Shown in pieces: positions 59,701-64,000 of a stretch of 64,000 nucleotides of DNA. Numbering within the stretch: the stretch's first letter is position 1; each line of letters opens with the position of its first letter. A program made the translations under genes and the position numbers. The notes below the pieces were generated by a model. That model was given only the letters and a program-made list of their open reading frames with translations, was not told the origin of the DNA and did no database searches. The stretch is from Antedon mediterranea (lineage: Eukaryota; Animalia; Echinodermata), in contig NC_092673.1 in NCBI RefSeq assembly GCF_964355755.1, positions 12,248,948-12,312,947 of the forward strand. The letters are read 5' to 3'.

Positions 59701-62349
59701 TCAGTATTCAGTATGCAAAACATGTAGTCGGCCAGGCAACTCAAGGAGTCAGGCCGGAAGTCAAATTTTGAGATCTGGAGAGAGTGTCTATGACTCCTGG
59801 GGACCAGACCATTGAATGACAATGTCAATGTTAGGCTTCTTTCTCCAGTAAAACAGAATGCCCAGTAATATTATGCAGCATGCAAAGACTGATATTCCCC
59901 CATAAAGGGGGTAAGTTTGTCCTGCAAAATTCAAGTCTAGGCCCCCTATTATGAGATGTGTGAATGATGCAAGATCTAAGTCATGCCTCTATCGAAATGT
60001 GTTAAACGATAACTCGGAAGGCCAGCCCAAACAGTAGTTTCGTAAGCAAGAGCCAGAGCTTCCACATAAAGGGGGTGAGCTTGTCCTGCAAAATCCAAGT
60101 ATAGGCCCCCTATTATAAGATGCGTGAATGATAACTCAGAACGACAGCTCAAAAGGTAGGCCTAAACACTACAGTATGTTAGGCAGTACGCAAGAACAGG
60201 AGCTGCCCAGGATCTTCCCAACGCGGGGGCTACATTCCCCGACGAAGGGGCTATGCGAGCGAAGCGAGCATCACTAGGCTGGGGGCCAGGGGCTGCTAAG
60301 GGCCCCTGGTGGGGGTCCAGGGGGCGAAGCCCCCGGAAGCAACGCGTTCTAGCGTCATTTGAGGTCATTTTAATCAGATTTAGGGTAGCCATTTTTTCCA
60401 TTTTTTAAAATGCATAAATAAAATACTGCGTACAAAAAAACGATGCGCGATGACTGTTTCAATCCATATTTTTCAATTTAAAAAATAAAAGTTCAAAGAA
60501 AATTTAGAAAAATAGAGTTGGAGGTCCCGGAAATTGGACTTATTATACTTCAAAACATGAAACAAAATATATAAGTCCCTATCATGGTTGTGACTGAGCT
60601 AAGAAATGTTTGAAAAATAGAGATGTTAGGTCCCGGAAAATGCACTTCTTGTACTTCGAAATATGACCAGCTTTATTGTTGGGGCTGAGCTAAGAAAATG
60701 TTTAAAACTAGAGCTGCAGGTCTTCAAAAAATTGCATTTTATACTTTGGAAACATCAGGCCTAGAGGCTTAAAAAAACGCAAGCGTAGACCTTTTTCAGT
60801 CGGGGAAATAAGTTTATTCCTCCCAAGTGTATGCGTGCGTACCATCTGGACTTCCGAGTGGTGAGAAATTCATGACATACAGGACATTGAAAATGTAATA
60901 ACTTAGCTATAATAAGATGTTGGCTAAGCGAAAATGGCATGTTTTTTTGTTTAGTAATGGATGAAAAATTTATTTTAGGTGGCCCACGGTACAGAAGGTT
61001 ACTTGTAAATTAAAAAATTGGTGAACATACGAACAATTAACATAATTCGTTTTTGCTGTAGTGTAGTGTACGTCGACGCAGTACACGACGTAACCGTCAG
61101 TAAACTTTGCCTGGAAAATAACTACAGTACACATTTTGGTCCCTGGATGGAACATGATATCAAGCGTTTCGACCCAACGTTGAACGATTCGTACAAATGG
61201 ATACCGCCAGACAAGTGCGAACCTAGCTATTGTTTTGTATAGTAAGTTAGATCGCTGGCAATAATGAATGCATATAAAGTGCATAATATCACTCTGACGT
61301 ACTCTTACGGTCAATGAAACGTCGCGGTTTTCTAGGCGCTGAAGCTAGCTACGAAGTGAACGCGAACGCTTTTAACTGTATATTATATTCCCCGACAAAA
61401 AGTACCCGTGTTCCCTTCGGTAACCGTCGGTAAACTTCGCCTGGAAAATAACTACATTAAACATTTTGGTCCCTGGATGGAACTTGATATCACGCGTCTC
61501 GACCCAACGTTGAACGATTCGTACAAAGGGATACCGCCAGACAAGTGCGTACCTAGCTAATGTTTAGTAGTAAGTTAGATCGCTGGCAATAAATGAATGC
61601 ATAAAAGTGCATAATAGCCCTCTGACGTACTCTCACGGTCAATGGAACGTCATGGTTTTCTAGGTGCTGAAGCTATATGAAGTGAACGCGAACGTTTTTT
61701 ACTGTACTGTATATTATATTCCCCGACAAAAAGTACCCGTGTTCCCCGACGGGGGGGCTAGAGCCCCCGTAGCCCCCCCCCCCCCCCCCCCCCCCCCCGC
61801 TGGCGCCACCACTGGAGCTGCCCCATAATGGTGGAAGCTTGACCTGCAAGATCTAGCCTAAGTCAGCCCAAACAGAACTGTGGACCTAACCACTATGTTA
61901 GGCCGTAATGAGTGTTCTGAAATTTGTTGGGCACTTAACTTAGGCTAGCCTACTAGGCCTAGGAAATTGACATTTGTTTGGAAAAAGAGTTTGGAATGTT
62001 CCATTCAGTTCAGAATCATTCAATCATTGCAACAATCATACCAATGATCCAATCAGGGAATTGATATTGGCCATCAGCTAGGCCTGGTATACTAGAGGCT
62101 ATTTAGACTAAGCCTAGGCCTAGTACAGGCCTACCTACATATACTGCAGGCCTAGGCTAATAAGACTAGCCTAGGCCTAGAGAGTAGAGAGACGCGGTAT
62201 GGCGACCGAAATGTATTAAATCAGGACCGAAATGAAGTCTAAACATGGTCTAAACTCACCCTCCAACATGATTGCCTTTTTATAGTTTTATCATCTTCTT
62301 TTGTAACCGTAAAAGAAATGAAATCGCGTTTTTGGGGGGAACCATACAT
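35435..62349 (-). CDS. MAN1B1: ER mannosyl-oligosaccharide 1,2-alpha-mannosidase (GH47), complete CDS of about 619 aa in 10 exons
   Basis: Exons: 62349-62260, 43799-43611, 43402-43334, 42661-42532, 39483-39298, 38996-38848, 38381-38005, 36741-36618, 36274-36077, 35782-35435 (sum 1860 nt, in frame). N-terminal RDFIS..QSCWR|[11 protein letters not shown] plus TM; [53 protein letters not shown]. Confidence 0.95.
36077..36274 (-). CDS. MAN1B1: MAN1B1 exon 9
   Basis: [14 protein letters not shown]...LSPEI. Confidence 0.92.
36618..36741 (-). CDS. MAN1B1: MAN1B1 exon 8
   Basis: [11 protein letters not shown]...LTFIGELL...KM. Confidence 0.9.
38005..38381 (-). CDS. MAN1B1: MAN1B1 exon 7
   Basis: SSIPYADVN...EVTTIQLEF...[15 protein letters not shown]. 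Confidence 0.95.
38848..38996 (-). CDS. MAN1B1: MAN1B1 exon 6
   Basis: [22 protein letters not shown]. Confidence 0.92.
39298..39483 (-). CDS. MAN1B1: MAN1B1 exon 5
   Basis: [21 protein letters not shown]...[11 protein letters not shown]. Confidence 0.92.
41090..41870. mobile_element. Harbinger-like MITE remnant
   Basis: GC-richer block with repeated TTCTCACAGA/TCTGTGAGAA motifs, ending TGTGAGAAAGGGGCT-TA; left TIR not found. Confidence 0.45.
42532..42661 (-). CDS. MAN1B1: MAN1B1 exon 4 (acidic stem region)
   Basis: Canonical splice sites; phase fits the neighbouring exons. Confidence 0.8.
43334..43402 (-). CDS. MAN1B1: MAN1B1 exon 3 (stem region)
   Basis: 69-nt phase-0 exon with AG / GTAATT boundaries. 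Confidence 0.65.
43417..43524. repeat. 27-bp tandem repeat, 4 copies, in MAN1B1 intron 2
   Basis: AAAAGATAGGCAAGTACAGTAAAAACA repeated. Confidence 0.9.
43611..43799 (-). CDS. MAN1B1: MAN1B1 exon 2 (type II TM anchor)
   Basis: [29 protein letters not shown]. Confidence 0.9.
43925..45380 (-). mobile_element. DIRS-type retrotransposon remnants (RT/RNase H)
   Basis: QVGGRL.WF..W...[25 protein letters not shown] and [16 protein letters not shown] motifs, fragmented. Confidence 0.8.
48920..49030 (+). mobile_element. 3' tail fragment of an L2-type SINE/LINE
   Basis: GTACAGCGCTTAGAG...GGCGCTATATAAAT followed by (ATT)n. Confidence 0.55.
50093..50898 (-). mobile_element. HINE/DINE-1-like element nested in the Academ arm
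   Basis: Minus strand TTTTTAGTCGCGTGGAAGCGACT start, (GTCT/GTCG)n, subTIR ACGCGACT and CTTGTT end. Confidence 0.8.
51185..51742 (+). CDS. LINE ORF1 protein (coiled coil plus RRM/CTD-like), 5'-truncated
   Basis: [39 protein letters not shown]. Confidence 0.8.
   Translation: MEYAHDSTNKTKEEIKKIGNEIKKMEEYENKMAAYQDKMADMENSILKQERYSRSFNLRFGGVIENATENTQDLLQKVLREELGLEDIEIENCHRTGKRRLDNKPRHIIAKFLYRPQRNQVLKLGKVKLKSKSQNVFITEDLPDADMKKKRELSTIMAQAYAEKRKPVFRNGQLFIDGKPYKPLK
52634..55600 (+). CDS. LINE ORF2: APE endonuclease and reverse transcriptase (988 aa, uninterrupted)
   Basis: NCRS, SETWL, GGGV, YRPP, GDYN, SDH; [34 protein letters not shown]. Confidence 0.95.
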   Translation: MFECDLFDNVNVSTEYFNEDNLISSLEHSNLSSNFSIFGLNCRSVVNKFDLISNYLDSLVHAFSVIAFSETWLTKKDNINLYQLPGYSLIHNDRKDKRGGGVAFYVTNKLTYIIRNDLSSCMTEAETIFIEIELESGNNVICGIVYRPPSRSLQKFDDELTCVMQMINLEKKKSYLVGDYNINLLQQSTDNTIQSHLDTIFSQSFQPIIKSPTRISDNCASIIDNIYCNIDSFTTSLKSGILITDISDHFPIFCVDTLEKHNKQYPRFVYKRQYSPQQTEYFLQELQSNQWNDVLFSNNANVAYQNFTNTLNKTIDNCFPLKRIRNKANKLKSPWITAEIARAISQKHKLYKKYKQNNTTTNKSTYIHFRNKLTTTIRNRKKEYYMVQFERNKQDIKKTWTILNDIMGRKKTTNLPTKIKLGTETFSDNDEKADAFNSFFINIGEKLNNKFRHESQNEEITHRTFLKGNFTSSMFFKPVTEHELNHYIKNTKNTSPGHDGISAQLIKSASPFILKPLLHIINTSLSSGCVPADIKIAKVIPVFKNGDISDINNYRPISILPFFSKIFERIVYDQTICYLSKYNVLSKTQYGFRQHHSTSHALIQSIEKITNAIENKEFTLGVFLDLSKAFDTIDHDILLDKLRFYGIRGVPLNWFSNYLKKRLQYTFIVNTASSKMTVNTGVPQGSILGPLLFLIFINDISLACNHVDMIMYADDTNVFYSHNDITQAFDTMNQELSILSDWFIANKLTLNVNKSKYVIFKARNKSADTTSLELRMGNECIVKATEVKFLGLFLDETLSFNFHVNEVANSISRIIGVLNKVKSMLSSKILLTVYNALILPRITYAITVWGATSATNLNRIHILQKKALRNICHVHFMHPSHPLFISTQTLNIFDLYTKHTAIFMYQYKHNLLPESFNNLFSTSASFHNYSTRNRSNYCPQLKRTKVGQQCISYQGTHIWNNLTDYIKQSPTLSLFKQRLKQYYNNRNI
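55606..56231. mobile_element. Kolobok-like MITE in the LINE 3' UTR
   Basis: TTAA TSD (55602-55605, 56232-56235); imperfect TIRs AGCCCCATTCCCTAC and GCAGGGAAGGGGTCT. Confidence 0.75.
57697..57902. repeat. 40-bp minisatellite, about 5 copies
   Basis: CATTGCTCACGCATGTGTGGATATGTGTAGATTCGTAT(G/T)T. Confidence 0.92.
58890..59712 (+). mobile_element. 3' end of a Rex1/L2-like LINE
   Basis: C-terminal HPLSKYF...[18 protein letters not shown], stop, AATAAA and a (TATTCAG)n tail. Confidence 0.65.
60208..61814. mobile_element. hAT-like non-autonomous element with an internal tandem duplication of about 330 bp
   Basis: CAG...CTG ends, 8-bp TSD GAGCTGCC (60200-60207, 61815-61822), GC-rich subtermini; 61090-61415 resembles 61420-61745. 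Confidence 0.75.
62260..62349 (-). CDS. MAN1B1: MAN1B1 exon 1 (start codon)
   Basis: [30 protein letters not shown] followed by GTGAGT; resembles the vertebrate MAN1B1 cytosolic tail RDFISVT...SCWR. Confidence 0.88.
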
Positions 62350-62429
62350 CTTTGTATTCCTCTCTGTGTTAAACCTCCTCGCTCATACAAAATCTATATA
62401 AAACAACTAGACCTAGGCATAGAACTTGG

Positions 62430-62560
62430 GGTGCCTACGTACGCACAGGCCTCTCATTTTCAAGTTTCTTCAGCAAAAACAATCCAAGATTATTCTCTCT
62501 CTGCGCTGCATGCTGAGTATGTAATGTGTGGAGGGCGCCGCGTACGTCACATCAATAGTA
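62430..62560 (-). promoter_or_regulatory. Probable MAN1B1 proximal promoter/5' UTR
   Basis: CpG-rich patch (GAGGGCGCCGCGTACGTCAC, containing a TGACGT half-site) upstream of the start codon; inferred from position. Confidence 0.4.
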
Positions 62561-62829
62561 CACCAAAGATTTTATAAATCTCTCTGACAAACAACATCAT
62601 GATTGTGTTATTTAGTACAATTTCAATTTCTTTTATTTCGGAAAAATGTCATCCATCAACAAAGGTACAAACAAAAAAAGAAAAACTATTTATTATTTCT
62701 ACTTGCATTGTATTTTTTTCCTTACCTTTTTTGTCAGAGTTTGTAAATAAATAAATGTTATAAAATGTAAATGTTTAAAATGTTGAATATTATTGGAATT
62801 ACCGAAACGTGGGGTATAACCTCTTCCGA

Positions 62830-63850
62830 AGAGATCATGATGGTACAACCTCAGCAGGAGGAGTAATTATGTTATCTCACAAGTCATTGTGTCACAAGTA
62901 ATATCTCCGTGTTATGTAGGCCTACTAATCAGTATAATGAAAGCTTCTTTTTTGTGGTCTTTTGTCATAAGTTTTGATTTTATGTATGTGAGAAAGAACA
63001 GAAAAGAAAGACAATAAAAATTATTATTATCTGAAACACTATTGGTTGGTGTATGTCAACACAAACCAACAGAGCCCTAAGTATACTAATCCACGAAGCA
63101 GAATTTAACTCACCGACTGTTAAGCGGAGACTTTAATTATCCCAAGGTTAAGTGGGAGGAATATAGAGTAGAAGCTGAAGGCATAAATGGAGAAGATGCT
63201 GAAAGGTTTTATGAAACAACGCAAGATATACTTTTGCATCAGCATGTAACAGAGTCAACAAGACACAAGGAAGGAAAAAAACCATCATTACTCGACCTGA
63301 TTTTTACAAATGATGAACAATCTATTGAAGAAATACGGGATTGTATGTGTAGCCAATTTGGGAAATGTGACCATGATGTATTGTGTTTTGAGTACTAGAA
63401 ACCCTATGGGAAGTGATGAAAAAAGCAAAAGAACTATGCAAAAGGTGACTATAAGAAGCTAAATGATGCTTTTGGGATGCTTGACTGGGATGTCCTGTTT
63501 GATAATAAGGACTTTAACCAGGCATGGAAAACCTGTAAGGAAACTTACAACCAAGAGACTGATATCAGTACAAAGATTACATTGAATTCAAACAACAGAG
63601 AAATGTTGCAAGGGCAAATGCGAAAAAGGCACGTATAGAACATGAGAGAAAACTACTGAAAAACTTTAAATCCTAAGCCAGTGTATAAGTACATTAGAGA
63701 ACAACAAATGGTGAAAGAAGGCATATCAAAACTTGAAAAAGAAGATAGGAGTTTGACTGAAAATGACCAGGAAGCAGTTGAAATTTTAAGTACGTTTTTT
63801 TGAATCCGTGTATACCAAAAAACCCGATGGTGACCTGCCCCAGTTTGAAA
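62830..63850 (+). mobile_element. Decayed CR1-type LINE fragment (APE and linker)
   Basis: GDFNYP, QHVTESTR, SLLDLIFTNDE, DHDVL, DYKKL and NPKPVYKYIR in broken frames. Confidence 0.75.
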
Positions 63851-63869
63851 ACAGGTACGCACTTAACAT

Positions 63870-64000
63870 TAACAAGGCCATATAGATGGCTGCAGTCGCG
63901 TGCTCGTTAGTGTTTATCGACCGACCAACCTACCAACTGACCGAAATTACTGAACATGTTTAAAAATGTTGAAATGTTTAAAAACATTTATATTTTTTTA
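63870..64000 (-). mobile_element. End of another HINE copy (family of 50093-50898), cut by the window edge
   Basis: AACAAG..GCCATATAGATGGC..AGTCGCGTGCT, plus the shared block CTGACCGAAATTACTGAACATGTTTAAAAATG. Confidence 0.75.

Overview
AT-rich eukaryotic (metazoan invertebrate) genomic DNA with spliceosomal introns; no prokaryotic features and no CRISPR array. It holds two convergent host genes. (1) A polycystin-1-family gene (PKD1L2/REJ-like, + strand): 10 coding exons traced at 11009-24748 encoding GPS, PLAT and channel domains, with its 5' part not found in the window. (2) A complete ER alpha-1,2-mannosidase MAN1B1 (- strand): 10 coding exons, 62349->35435, about 619 aa, with an 18.5-kb first intron. 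Most of the rest is transposon-derived: a Gypsy LTR/PBS, two Academ-type TIR elements, RTE, L2/CR1/Rex LINEs (one with an intact 988-aa ORF2), a Penelope fragment with hammerhead-like pLTRs, DIRS remnants, Helitron and Helentron (HINE) elements, and Kolobok, hAT and MULE-like MITEs. The most notable observations are: a fossil intron-containing Chapaev-type transposase with a RAG1-like N-terminus (CND-like Zn motif, RING, ZFA-like finger), split by a nested transposon stack in MAN1B1 intron 1; three 24-37 bp CAT...ATG palindromes that look like P/Galileo excision scars; a 5S-tRNA-Deu/Nin chimeric SINE family; Helentron MITEs carrying a Pol III tRNA-like cassette; and an 80-bp duplication that builds a candidate recursive splice site. 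All family assignments come from reading motifs by eye; no database search was run.
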